Shown: piece by piece, positions 27,656-37,372 of the stretch
Numbering within the stretch: position 1 is the stretch's first letter
How the letters are laid out: each line of letters starts with the position of its first letter
Virus record (IMG/VR): IMGVR_UViG_3300023180_000050
Span: 2,655 to 66,654 of that record
DNA: 64,000 nucleotides
Direction: 5' to 3' (one strand)
From: a virus
Translations under genes and position numbers: made by a program
Notes under the pieces: model-generated
The model's input: only the letters and a program-made list of their open reading frames with translations
The model's database searches: none
What the model was told of the DNA's origin: nothing

Positions 27656-29260
27656 ATGGCAGGTTTTTTAGATTATGTAGCAGAAAGATCCTTCTTGGGT
27701 AACCTGTATAAGAATTTATCCAAGGTTGGAAGGTTTGGAATGGAATACGAAGATATGGTAATTCGTAATTCCCAAGCTGTTGGTGCTACTGAATCTAACT
27801 TTTTCAACGAACAGGGAAGTGGATTTACTGAAAACAACGCATTTTATTGGACCCTTGGATATCAGGATACGAAGGTTAGAAAATATATTGCCTACTTCGA
27901 CAAGGACTACATGGGTAAAAGAGACTTCCTTAGGAAATTCTCTTTGAATGGCGAAATTGATTTTATCCTGGATACACTTACTGATGATGCTATCAATTAC
28001 GATGACAAAAATTTCTTTAGTTATCCGTCTTTAGCTAACATTGATCTAAAGCCTGATGTGCTTGATAAGGTAAACGAGACATATCAGAATTTGTATATGC
28101 TGTTTGGCTTTCAGCAAAGCATATTAGCTTGGCAATATTTTAAGCAGTTTTTGATTGATGGGTTTTTGGCTTTTGAGATTGTTTATTCTACTGATGGCAA
28201 GAAAATAGTTGGCTTTAAAGAATTAGATCCAACCTCCCTTCAACCCGCTACAGAACAGCAGCCAAATGGTGAATTCCAACAGATTTGGATACAATACCCA
28301 GAGGATAATAAAATGACAAGGAAGCTCAGAAGTGAGCAGATCATTTATCTTTCGTATGCTAAAGGAAATACAATTTCTAGGGTAAGCTATGTGGAGAGAC
28401 TTATAAGGTCTTATAACATTCTAAGAATCATGGAAAACACCAGGGTTATTTGGAATGTGATGAATGCTTCTTATAGACTTAAGTTTGTAATCCCTGTTGG
28501 TTCACAGTCTCAGCAAAAAGCAATGCAAACCCTTGGACAGCTAATGTCTATCTATAAAGAGGAAATGGAAATTAATGATTCCTCGGGTGAACTAACAGTA
28601 AACGGTAGACCTAAGGTTCAGTTTTATAAGAATTATCTTTTCCCTGAGAAAGATGGACAATCCCCACAGATTGAAACCCTTGATCCCAATGGACCAGACT
28701 TCAATGTTATGGATAATGTTATTTACTTCTATAACAAGCTTAAACTGGATTCGAAAATACCTTATGCAAGGTTTGCTTTCCGAAATGGTACCCCGGCTAA
28801 CTATCAAATAAGTATAGATCAGCTAGAAAGGGATGAAATTAGGTTTGAGAAATTCTTAACAAGACTAAGATCGATCTTCCAAGAAATATTGGTCAAACCT
28901 CTTTACATACAAATGTGTTTGGACTTCCCAGAATTAGCTAAGGATAGATCATTCAAAGCAAATCTGGGCCTAAGTTATGTAAGAGAAAACCTTTTCGAGG
29001 AGTTTATTCAATTGCAAAATTATACAAAACGCACCCAGTTTATAAATGACCTTGGTGAAATGAAGCAAAAGATTGGCGAGGAAGAGGAATCTTATTTTGA
29101 CAAAGAATTCCTGATTAAAAGGTATCTCGGTTTAACTATGGACGAATATAAGAAGAACGAGAAATATAAGGAAGCTGAAGCTAAGCTTGCTGAGGAAAAG
29201 GCTAAGGAAGCCGGATCTGAGGGCGGAGAGGAAGGCGGAGGCGAGTCATTCACCCTATAA
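27656..29260 (+). CDS. gp20: Portal protein (copy 2, paralogue)
   Basis: EIDFILDTLTDDAI, FKQFLIDG, SYVERLIRSYNILRIME, YFYNKL..SKIPYARF, RDEIRFEKFLTRLRSIF. Confidence 0.88.
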   Translation: MAGFLDYVAERSFLGNLYKNLSKVGRFGMEYEDMVIRNSQAVGATESNFFNEQGSGFTENNAFYWTLGYQDTKVRKYIAYFDKDYMGKRDFLRKFSLNGEIDFILDTLTDDAINYDDKNFFSYPSLANIDLKPDVLDKVNETYQNLYMLFGFQQSILAWQYFKQFLIDGFLAFEIVYSTDGKKIVGFKELDPTSLQPATEQQPNGEFQQIWIQYPEDNKMTRKLRSEQIIYLSYAKGNTISRVSYVERLIRSYNILRIMENTRVIWNVMNASYRLKFVIPVGSQSQQKAMQTLGQLMSIYKEEMEINDSSGELTVNGRPKVQFYKNYLFPEKDGQSPQIETLDPNGPDFNVMDNVIYFYNKLKLDSKIPYARFAFRNGTPANYQISIDQLERDEIRFEKFLTRLRSIFQEILVKPLYIQMCLDFPELAKDRSFKANLGLSYVRENLFEEFIQLQNYTKRTQFINDLGEMKQKIGEEEESYFDKEFLIKRYLGLTMDEYKKNEKYKEAEAKLAEEKAKEAGSEGGEEGGGESFTL

Positions 29261-29270
29261 TTTTATATAA

Positions 29271-30278
29271 ATGGATCTAAAGGATCTCCTGTCTTCAAAG
29301 AAAATTCTGGTAGTTGGTGATGTTATATTAGACCATTACATCTATGGTAAGGTTTATCGGGTTTCTCCGGAAGCACCAGTACCTGTAGTACTAAAATCAA
29401 ATTCAGCATATTGTTTAGGTGGATCAGCAAATGTCGCCCAAAATGTTTCTTCTTTCGGGTCTGAATGCTGGCTTCTTGGTGTTTATGGCAGTGACCAGGG
29501 ATCTGTAGAGATTGACAATCTTCTAGGGGAGAAGAACATACACTCACTTATGATAACTGATAGCTCTAGACCAACTGTAGAAAAAACCAGAGTTATTGGG
29601 AATAGCCACCAGATTGTTAGAATAGATTCTGAGACAAGTGATCCATTGGCATCTGATATCCAGGAGGAGGTATTGGAATCCTTTAAAAACATTATACACC
29701 AGATGGATGGTGTTATTATACAAGACTACGGAAAGGGAATGCTTAGTGATGAGCTTATAAGTAAGATAACTGATATCTGCACCGATCTGGAAATCCCTAC
29801 TCTGACTGATCCTAAGGATAGAGATTTTTCCAAATATATTGGATCTACCTGGATAAAACCAAATCTTAGTGAGTTTAAGTCATCCCTTGATATTCCACAG
29901 CCTGAAGCAATTGACTTAAAACGTACCACGAAACTTATGGATTCTTTGATGGACTCTTTTGGTTTTAGAGGAGTTTTGCTTACCCTTTCCGAAGATGGTA
30001 TGATGTTAAAGACGAATTCAGATTTCGAACAGGTCGATGGAATCCAAATAGAGGTAACTGATGTTTCTGGAGCGGGTGATACAGTTAGTGCTGTTTTCAT
30101 GCTTCTGCTAACAAATAACGTCTCTTATCTCGATTGCTTGAGAATATCAAATCTTGCTGGTTCCCTGGTTTGCCAAGTATCCGGAGCAGTACCTGTAGAT
30201 TCCAATAGCCTTTATATGACACTTCTTAAAAATTCTTGGGTTATCACAAGCCGTTCTGGAGAGCCTATTTTGATTTAG
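29271..30278 (+). CDS. rfaE: D-glycero-beta-D-manno-heptose-7-phosphate kinase (RfaE/HldE kinase domain, PfkB family)
   Basis: LVVGDVILDHY..RVSPEAPVPV..GGSANVA..QDYGKG..DPK..KPN..DVSGAGDTV. Confidence 0.9.
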   Translation: MDLKDLLSSKKILVVGDVILDHYIYGKVYRVSPEAPVPVVLKSNSAYCLGGSANVAQNVSSFGSECWLLGVYGSDQGSVEIDNLLGEKNIHSLMITDSSRPTVEKTRVIGNSHQIVRIDSETSDPLASDIQEEVLESFKNIIHQMDGVIIQDYGKGMLSDELISKITDICTDLEIPTLTDPKDRDFSKYIGSTWIKPNLSEFKSSLDIPQPEAIDLKRTTKLMDSLMDSFGFRGVLLTLSEDGMMLKTNSDFEQVDGIQIEVTDVSGAGDTVSAVFMLLLTNNVSYLDCLRISNLAGSLVCQVSGAVPVDSNSLYMTLLKNSWVITSRSGEPILI

Positions 30279-30281
30279 ATC

Positions 30282-30315
30282 ATTTTTTTAGTACGTTTTG
30301 GTTTCTTAGATTTGT
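30282..30315 (+). promoter_or_regulatory. Bacteroidota-type early promoter (-7 TAGATTTG)
   Basis: TAnnTTTG at 30307-30314 upstream of the ligase. Confidence 0.65.
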
Positions 30316-30331
30316 ATTATAATAAAAGCAT

Positions 30332-31678
30332 ATGAAGAAGGAACTGGAGATATTTATGGAGATAGAAAGCCTTTCTGGTAATGGATCTCAGAAGGTAAAG
30401 CAAACACTCATTTCAGAGAATTTGTCTAATGAAATGGAATACCTTTTGGATGTTTGTTTCAATCCATTTATTACAACAAAGCTCCACAAGCTGAATCTTA
30501 ATACACATACTCCTGGAAGAAAATACCAGAGAGACCCTGAGGAGTTTTGGAACACATTTAAAACCTTGGTGGAAGAGCTTAAAGCTGCACCTGCTGCAAA
30601 TGATTCCCTTAGACAAAGGGCTGAGGATCTTCTTGAACACACTTTTGATCCCGACAGCGATGTTGATCTGGGTATAAGGAAGATGCTCATGAAAGTCCTA
30701 ACTAAAAGGATGAATATCGGACTAGGTGCTAAGTTGATCAATAAAGCAGTTGGGTCTGAGATTATCCCGGATCCGTCTTTAATGCTTGCAACTGACAAGC
30801 AGGAGGAGATTGAAACCTGGGACAAAATCTATTGTGAAGAGAAGTATGACGGTGTTAGGGTTATAGCTATGATGAATCCTGACAGGTCATTCTCTTTTTA
30901 TACACGTGCATTCAATGAGCTAGACTCTTCCAAATTAAGCAAGATTGCGAAGGACCTTTCCACAATCTCAGATAAGGCTGGTCACACTAATGTATTTTAT
31001 GATGGTGAGCTAACAGATTTCGATAGAAAGTCAGTTTCTGGAAAGGTAACTCAGATTTTAAAAGGAACAGCCCCTGATAATATAGATGACAATTTCCTTT
31101 TTAATGTGTTTGACTTGGAGGACAATGCAACACTTGAAAAAGGCAAGGGCTCTGTACTGTATACAGAGAGAAGAAGGTCTCTTGCAGAGACGTTGAACTT
31201 TCTACCTGAGGATTCCAACATTAGGCTCGGTCAGATGTGGGAGGTAGATTCTATGGAGGATACCCTGATAATCTATAAGGATATCGTTTCTAAAGGTGGT
31301 GAGGGGGTTATTTGCAAGAATGATCATTTATATGAGTGCAAAAGAAGCAAAAGCTGGATTAAGCTTAAAGAAGTAAATGATTGCGACTTAGTGGTAGTTG
31401 GATGGTATCCAGGAGAGGGTAAAAGAGAGGGATTCATAGGAGGACTTATTTGTACTGACCAATCAAAAACACTAAACGTAAAAATTGGTGCAGGATTTAC
31501 AGATCTCGATCTTGAGACATTGAGCCAAAACCCAGATGATTTGATCGGTAGAATTGCTGCTGTTCAATACAATGTGCCTATTACGGATAAGCATCAAAAT
31601 CGAAGCTTATTCCTGCCAAGATTTATTGAGATTAGGACTGATAAGATGTTCCCCGACGACCTCTCTAACTTGTTCTAA
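30332..31678 (+). CDS. gp30: ATP-dependent DNA ligase
   Basis: EEKYDGVR (KxDG), YDGEL, FDL, EGVICK, KRSKSWIKLK, SLFLPRF. Confidence 0.93.
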   Translation: MKKELEIFMEIESLSGNGSQKVKQTLISENLSNEMEYLLDVCFNPFITTKLHKLNLNTHTPGRKYQRDPEEFWNTFKTLVEELKAAPAANDSLRQRAEDLLEHTFDPDSDVDLGIRKMLMKVLTKRMNIGLGAKLINKAVGSEIIPDPSLMLATDKQEEIETWDKIYCEEKYDGVRVIAMMNPDRSFSFYTRAFNELDSSKLSKIAKDLSTISDKAGHTNVFYDGELTDFDRKSVSGKVTQILKGTAPDNIDDNFLFNVFDLEDNATLEKGKGSVLYTERRRSLAETLNFLPEDSNIRLGQMWEVDSMEDTLIIYKDIVSKGGEGVICKNDHLYECKRSKSWIKLKEVNDCDLVVVGWYPGEGKREGFIGGLICTDQSKTLNVKIGAGFTDLDLETLSQNPDDLIGRIAAVQYNVPITDKHQNRSLFLPRFIEIRTDKMFPDDLSNLF

Positions 31679-31727
31679 ATGGGAAACTTAAGGCTCTTTT
31701 TTCTGTACAAGAATAAAGAGCTTTTTT

Positions 31728-32675
31728 ATGATAGACCAACTCCTCACAGAGAAGTTAAGACCCAAACAAATCAAGCATATGATCCTTCCAGACAGGATCA
31801 GAAAATTGTTCGATGAAAAGGGACTTAACCATAATGTTTTATTAGCAGGATCTCCTGGGTGTGGAAAGACAACTTTAGCAAAGATTCTTTCCAACGATCT
31901 CCCACACATTTTTATAAATGTATCTGACGAGAGCTCTGTTGATACCATCAGGACCAAGATAAATGAATTCTGTTCCACCATGAGTATCATGGATGGGAAG
32001 TCATCTAAAAAAGTGGTTGTACTGGATGAGTTTGATGGTGCTTCTGATCAATTCTATAAGGCATTAAGGGGAACAATCGAAAAGTTTGCTTCCAATACTA
32101 GGTTTATTGCAACCTGTAATTGGCTGAATAAAGTACCAGAAGCTATTCAAAGTAGGTTTGAGGTTATCAATTTCGATCCGATAAACCAAGCAGAGGAGGA
32201 GTTTTTACGAAATGAATGGAGAAGTAGGATCAAGCTAATTCTTGGGAAGTTGAGCATCTCTATTGACGATGCATCTCTTGATGAGTTTGAGAAGGAGTAC
32301 TTCCCAGATCTTAGATCTTCCCTAAACCGAATCCAATCCTGGGTTATCGAAGGAGTTCAAACAATTGATATTTCTAGGGTAAGGGATTCTGGCTGGTCGT
32401 ATGATGATCTCTACAATATGATCTTTTCTTCTAAGGATCCGATTGGTAATTACCAGGTGATAGTTGGTCAATATTCATCTAAGGTCGATGATGTTATGGC
32501 TGCTTTAGGTGAGGAGTTTATACAATGGATCATGAAGAATAAATCTACGTACGCTAAGATTATTCCAGCAGTAGTAGTTGAGGTTGCTCATCACCAGGCA
32601 CAGAGACAACTGGTTATTGATCCAGTAGTGAGTTTGTTGTCTCTGATTTTTAAGATACAAAAACTAGTAGACTAA
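31728..32675 (+). CDS. gp44: Clamp loader ATPase subunit
   Basis: EKLRPK, GSPGCGKTT, VVLDEFD, IQSRF; GAAAC-type promoter at 31683. Confidence 0.9.
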   Translation: MIDQLLTEKLRPKQIKHMILPDRIRKLFDEKGLNHNVLLAGSPGCGKTTLAKILSNDLPHIFINVSDESSVDTIRTKINEFCSTMSIMDGKSSKKVVVLDEFDGASDQFYKALRGTIEKFASNTRFIATCNWLNKVPEAIQSRFEVINFDPINQAEEEFLRNEWRSRIKLILGKLSISIDDASLDEFEKEYFPDLRSSLNRIQSWVIEGVQTIDISRVRDSGWSYDDLYNMIFSSKDPIGNYQVIVGQYSSKVDDVMAALGEEFIQWIMKNKSTYAKIIPAVVVEVAHHQAQRQLVIDPVVSLLSLIFKIQKLVD

Positions 32676-32965
32676 TGGATTTATTACCTGAAGAAATAAG
32701 AAAGAACACTTACCTCTACAAATTTTATAAAAGAGGTGAAAGAGCAATGATGTATGAACAAATAGAGCCAAGCACTGGACAAACAGTAGGGTTTGAGATA
32801 TTTAAGAGAAAGATAGACAAACCAAAGGTAGTATTTGGTATCCAATTGAATGAGAGAGAAATCTTTCCAGGAAACGAGGATTTTGGTAAATGGGCATGGT
32901 CCATTACTGATGAGGTGAGAGCTTTAGAAAGATTTAACCTAATTGAGGGTCAAACCGATGAATAA
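32675..32965 (+). CDS. Hypothetical protein
   Basis: Coupled ORF; FPGNEDFGKWAWS. Confidence 0.65.
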   Translation: MDLLPEEIRKNTYLYKFYKRGERAMMYEQIEPSTGQTVGFEIFKRKIDKPKVVFGIQLNEREIFPGNEDFGKWAWSITDEVRALERFNLIEGQTDE

Positions 32966-33302
32966 GCAGGGATTAGTATTTTTCTTAATTATAGCCCTTG
33001 CCCAATCTGGTGCATGGTTTCAGCAGTTCTCCCAAGTGAGATGGGAATGGTTTAAAAACAACACCTGGTTTAATATTGGTATCCTTGGAATTCTCCTTTC
33101 TATACTTTTTGTGTATGGTGCAAGAATCGGGTACACTGCCTGGGAAAGTGTTTGGAAAGTTCGATTGATACAATTTTCAATTGGAGCATTTGTCGTATCC
33201 TTTTGGAGTTGGATAATTTTAGGAGAGGGGGTCAACTTGAAAACCTTTGTTTGTTTGCTACTAGCATTAATGATTATCCTTATTCAGGTTTTTTGGAAAT
33301 AG
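32958..33302 (+). CDS. Small four-TM membrane protein (SMR/DMT-like)
   Basis: Four hydrophobic segments, ILGEGVNLKT motif. Confidence 0.55.
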   Translation: MNKQGLVFFLIIALAQSGAWFQQFSQVRWEWFKNNTWFNIGILGILLSILFVYGARIGYTAWESVWKVRLIQFSIGAFVVSFWSWIILGEGVNLKTFVCLLLALMIILIQVFWK

Positions 33303-33305
33303 CAT

Positions 33306-33827
33306 ATGAAAAGGCTTATTATAGTAGGTAAAGGGGGTTCAGGTAAAGATCATCTTAGGAAAAAACTAGAAGACAGAGGATTTAAATATTGTGTATCCCA
33401 CACAAGCAGGCCACCGCGCCACGGAGAAATTGACGGGAAGGATTATCACTTTATATCCCTGGATACTGCAATCCATGAATTTATTGAAACCAATAGATTC
33501 TATGAGCATGTTATTTTCAATGGCTGGGTTTACGGTACTTCTCTTGACGAATTTAACTCGAGTAATCTTTTTATTATGACACCCTCTGGTTTGTCTTCTA
33601 TGAAACCCAGAGATAGGGAAGAGTCTTTTGTGGTTTATTTGGATATAGCCGAGGATGTAAGAAGGTCTCGATTATCTAAAAGAAACGATGCTGATAAGCT
33701 TGAAAGAAGGCTTCAAGCAGACTATGATGACTTTAGGAACTTTTTTGATTATGACGAGAGAATTACTGATCCTTTATTTGACAGTGTAGGTGATTGGGGA
33801 AATTTAAAATTTTATAGCAATGATTAA
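33306..33827 (+). CDS. gmk: Guanylate kinase
   Basis: GKGGSGKD, HTSRPPR..EIDGKDYHF, FNGWVYGTS. Confidence 0.88.
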   Translation: MKRLIIVGKGGSGKDHLRKKLEDRGFKYCVSHTSRPPRHGEIDGKDYHFISLDTAIHEFIETNRFYEHVIFNGWVYGTSLDEFNSSNLFIMTPSGLSSMKPRDREESFVVYLDIAEDVRRSRLSKRNDADKLERRLQADYDDFRNFFDYDERITDPLFDSVGDWGNLKFYSND

Positions 33828-34956
33828 CGTACTTATTGACGGAAACTACATATTTCATAAAACATTTGGTGTTTTTGGCGGATATGGGAATAAAAACCCT
33901 GGCGATATCTTAGGAACCCAAAATGAGCAGTCAATGTTTATTAGAAAAATATCGACTGACCTAACATCATCCCTCAGATCTATTCCTATTGGTGGAAAGC
34001 TAGTTTTTACTGTTGACAGTAGAAGTTGGAGAAAGGATGTTGAAATTGAAGGTGGAGGTTATAAATCCAACAGGGTGAAGGATGAGGAAGTTGATTGGAG
34101 TGTTTTCTTTAACCTCCTTACTTCTTACGGGGAACACCTTGAAAAAATGGGATTTATATTTTCCAAAGTAAATGGAGCTGAAGGTGATGATTTGCTTTAT
34201 TTCTGGGCTGATTACCTAAATACCAAGGGTGAAAATTGTATCATCATTTCGGGGGATAAGGATTTACATCAGCTGGCTAGATGGAAAAAAGATAATTGGA
34301 CCATAGTTTGGAACGCAAATTCTAAAAACAATATTCTCTCTGTGCCCGAAGGCTGGGAGGATAACTGGCTTAATAAAAACACAGAGGCAAGTGTATTTGA
34401 TATGGGCAGTGTAATGGACCCAGATAAAGATAAGCTTAAGGAATTTATTAAGAAGGTTGAAGTAAATGAAATTAATCCTAGAGATTTCATTTTCATTAAA
34501 ATGCTTGTTGGTGATAAGGGAGATGCTGTCCCAGGTATATGGGAGGTACAAGCAGGATCAAAAACCCAAAGAGTTACTCCCAAGAAAGCTGAGACTGTTA
34601 TGGAATCCTTGCAATCAACACAATGGGCTAAACTTCCCTTTGCTGAACTTATTGAAGACGACCAATTCCTGGAGTGGACTGCAGGCTATTGTATTAGACT
34701 TCTCAAGGATATAGACAGCAAGGATAATCGGGAAAAAGCTGCTGAGAATCTAAAAAGAAATTATAAACTCATGTGGTTGGACAAGACCGTAATCCCACAG
34801 GAGGTAATTCAAGGAACCGTAGAGGAATTAAAAAGGGGAATATCCTTGCCTAAAAAATCTATTACCCTCGATAGGGTGAAGATTCTTGAGGGAACAAGCT
34901 GGATAAGCTCACAAAATGCTCCTAGTCAATTTGACCCCTTTAAAAACTTTGGATAA
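33820..34956 (+). CDS. rnh: 5'-3' exonuclease / RNase H (T4 rnh-like)
   Basis: LIDGN, DSRSWRK, YKSNR, AEGDD, SGDKDLHQL, LVGDKGDAVPG. Confidence 0.88.
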   Translation: MINVLIDGNYIFHKTFGVFGGYGNKNPGDILGTQNEQSMFIRKISTDLTSSLRSIPIGGKLVFTVDSRSWRKDVEIEGGGYKSNRVKDEEVDWSVFFNLLTSYGEHLEKMGFIFSKVNGAEGDDLLYFWADYLNTKGENCIIISGDKDLHQLARWKKDNWTIVWNANSKNNILSVPEGWEDNWLNKNTEASVFDMGSVMDPDKDKLKEFIKKVEVNEINPRDFIFIKMLVGDKGDAVPGIWEVQAGSKTQRVTPKKAETVMESLQSTQWAKLPFAELIEDDQFLEWTAGYCIRLLKDIDSKDNREKAAENLKRNYKLMWLDKTVIPQEVIQGTVEELKRGISLPKKSITLDRVKILEGTSWISSQNAPSQFDPFKNFG

Positions 34957-35381
34957 TGGAATTATTTGATGTAGTTAAAACAATTTTCAAGAAGGATAAA
35001 GACTGGGATAAGGTTTCCAGGAACGATAAGGTTAGAAATTTCTTTATGATTAACCGGATAATGTCCATCCAATTTCCTATCCAGGCGGATCAGTTCAACC
35101 ACACAAAGATTTTACCAAGGCCTGTTGTGGATTGGTGGCACGACACGCTGAGCAAGCATTATACCAGAATTCCTGGTTGGATCTTCACAAAAACCAAAAA
35201 ATCCAAAAATAAGACAGCCCCAACCTCCGATATTGAGATCGATAAATCTATCGAGGAGTTTGTAGCAAACAAGTACGAGGTATCATTAAGAGACCTTTCT
35301 GATCTGAAAAGATTCTATCCGGAAAAATACGAGAATTGGATGAGATCTATAGGGGAACAAGTCACTATGATGAAAAAGTGA
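34956..35381 (+). CDS. Clamp loader small subunit (gp62-like)
   Basis: FFMINRIMS..ADQFN..W..K pattern; near the gp44-like gene. Confidence 0.5.
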   Translation: MELFDVVKTIFKKDKDWDKVSRNDKVRNFFMINRIMSIQFPIQADQFNHTKILPRPVVDWWHDTLSKHYTRIPGWIFTKTKKSKNKTAPTSDIEIDKSIEEFVANKYEVSLRDLSDLKRFYPEKYENWMRSIGEQVTMMKK

Positions 35382-35419
35382 TTGTGTGATATATAAGATG
35401 TTCCCTAATTAGATTTTTT

Positions 35420-35959
35420 ATGAGAAAGGATTTCAGGAAATTAATAGAAAAGGTATTGTCTAGTTTAGATTGGGATACCATTTTTGAAATACACAAAGTT
35501 TTTAAATTCGGAGTTGGTGAGGGTAGCGAAGTAATTCCTGGGCTGAAAAGAAAGATCTATAGCGAGGATCTTACTAAGAATGATGTTAAAAACGAACTCA
35601 AGTCCCTACTTAGATTTGTAATCAATAACGACGTTTCTAAATTTGGATATGGACCGTGGATGATTACCTGGTTTAATCAGGATTGGGATATTATTTTCAA
35701 CAATGAGTCTGAGGATGATTTTGTTGATGACGAGTTGGATGATATCCAATTCGATTCAAGACTAGAGGTTGTTTATGCTCCACAGCGTATTTGTCTCACT
35801 GTTAATGCCGCTCCTGATGCTAAGGAAGAGATTTCTTCGGAGGAAAGTGTGCTAAACAAAATGCTCAAAAAAGCTCTTAAGTCCGAAAATTATGAACTTG
35901 CTGGAAAAATCCAGGAAATCTTAGATGAAAAGAAATCTAAGGAGAGTTCAGATAAATAG
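35420..35959 (+). CDS. Hypothetical protein with C-terminal UVR (UvrB/C) motif
   Basis: LKKALKSENYELAGKIQEIL; GATATATA at 35388. Confidence 0.6.
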   Translation: MRKDFRKLIEKVLSSLDWDTIFEIHKVFKFGVGEGSEVIPGLKRKIYSEDLTKNDVKNELKSLLRFVINNDVSKFGYGPWMITWFNQDWDIIFNNESEDDFVDDELDDIQFDSRLEVVYAPQRICLTVNAAPDAKEEISSEESVLNKMLKKALKSENYELAGKIQEILDEKKSKESSDK

Positions 35960-35976
35960 TATAAATAAATTTATCC

Positions 35977-36459
35977 TTGAGGTACATTAAAACCATAAAT
36001 GAATTTTTTGACGTTGGTGTTTTTGGGGACACCTACGGATATGGTGGGGCAAATGGTATATTCAAGGTTCAATATAAGCCTTATAAGGATCTTTCCGTTT
36101 CTGTTGGTCCTGATCCAAATGTAAAGAGGAATGTAAGAGGATCACAATTTCAGGTTGGTGATATTGTTATTGGACAGCCTGTAGATTCTGAAAAGAAAGT
36201 TGCTGGAATGATCGTTAGAGCTGAAAGAGCCCCTGACAACAAATCCTATAAGTATTTCGTTCAGGTTCACACTAAAGGAAAGGACACAGAGGAGGTATTA
36301 GAGCTTATCCCGGATTCGGTTGAATTCGTTGACAATGGCGATAAAGGGCATAAGGAAATTATCTCTCACTTTAAACTGGATACCATGCCGGGTGGGGTTT
36401 ACAATTCTCCTACTGTTTACAACAACACAAAACTTGGCATCGAGGCTATAGGAAGTTAG
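35977..36459 (+). CDS. Hypothetical protein (KOW-like; possible internal head protein)
   Basis: MRYIKTINEFF N-terminus, FQVGDIV; GATAAATA at 35951. Confidence 0.55.
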   Translation: MRYIKTINEFFDVGVFGDTYGYGGANGIFKVQYKPYKDLSVSVGPDPNVKRNVRGSQFQVGDIVIGQPVDSEKKVAGMIVRAERAPDNKSYKYFVQVHTKGKDTEEVLELIPDSVEFVDNGDKGHKEIISHFKLDTMPGGVYNSPTVYNNTKLGIEAIGS

Positions 36460-36490
36460 AAACTTTCACTCTTTTTACTGCTAAGATGTA

Positions 36491-37372
36491 TTGATGATTC
36501 TAAGCAGGAACTTAAACAAAATAGGCTACATTAACAGGGAGATACCTCAATCCCTGGCAGGTGTTTCGCAGTTCCTATCTTTGATCCTAGATAACCTAAA
36601 ACTTGATAGTGATAGAGGTATTCCTGTATCGTGCTTTGAGGTTCCTCAGGGATTCCAAGTTTTGGATTTTTCATCTATTGAAGAAGGGTCTGACGAGTCT
36701 TCTAAGGTGTGGGAGATTTTCCAATTTCTTAAAAGTAGTAAGCAAAGAATTTTCTTTTACTTGCCTAATTACTATTTCTTAGGTAGCCAAATACCAGAAG
36801 TGGTTGAAACTACCAGAGGAATGATTTCATCACTTTGCTCTTTTTTGGAGCAGGTTGGTGTCAGGGAAACCTCGGTTGTTATTAGAATTGGTAGTGCTTA
36901 TGGTGCAAGAAAAGCTACCATGGATAGATTTTGTAGCGAGATTAGATCCTTCGATAAAACAACAATTGCAAAGCTTTCTGTTTGTAATGATGAAAAACCA
37001 AGTCTCTTCTCGGTAACAGACCTTTTAAGTGGAGTCTTCTATCAGGTTGGAATACCTATCGCCTTTAGATTTCTACCGCATCAGTTTAATAATGGTGGAC
37101 TTTCGGTTAGGGAGGCTTATTTTCTTGCTGTCTCGACGTGGGATAAAAACCAAGTCCCCGTTTTCTTTCACTCAGAGTCCGAAGAAGTTGATGAGAACGG
37201 TTATTCTCTATCTCCATCTCCCTCTTTGAAGCTAAGACACCGAATACCCACTTTTGGACTTGAGATTGATGTTATCTTGGATTCTTCTGACGGTCTTTCC
37301 ACTTGTGCAAATTACTTAGGGAATTATCTTTCTCTTAAGCCTATGGTAATTAATAAAGTTAGTAAGAAATAA
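36491..37372 (+). CDS. UV-damage endonuclease (UvsE/UVDE)-like protein, degenerate active site
   Basis: GSAYG..RF..LSVCNDEK..FSVTDL..GIPIAF..GGLS..A..LAVSTW..PVFFHSES matches UvsE, but several metal ligands appear substituted. Confidence 0.7.
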   Translation: MMILSRNLNKIGYINREIPQSLAGVSQFLSLILDNLKLDSDRGIPVSCFEVPQGFQVLDFSSIEEGSDESSKVWEIFQFLKSSKQRIFFYLPNYYFLGSQIPEVVETTRGMISSLCSFLEQVGVRETSVVIRIGSAYGARKATMDRFCSEIRSFDKTTIAKLSVCNDEKPSLFSVTDLLSGVFYQVGIPIAFRFLPHQFNNGGLSVREAYFLAVSTWDKNQVPVFFHSESEEVDENGYSLSPSPSLKLRHRIPTFGLEIDVILDSSDGLSTCANYLGNYLSLKPMVINKVSKK

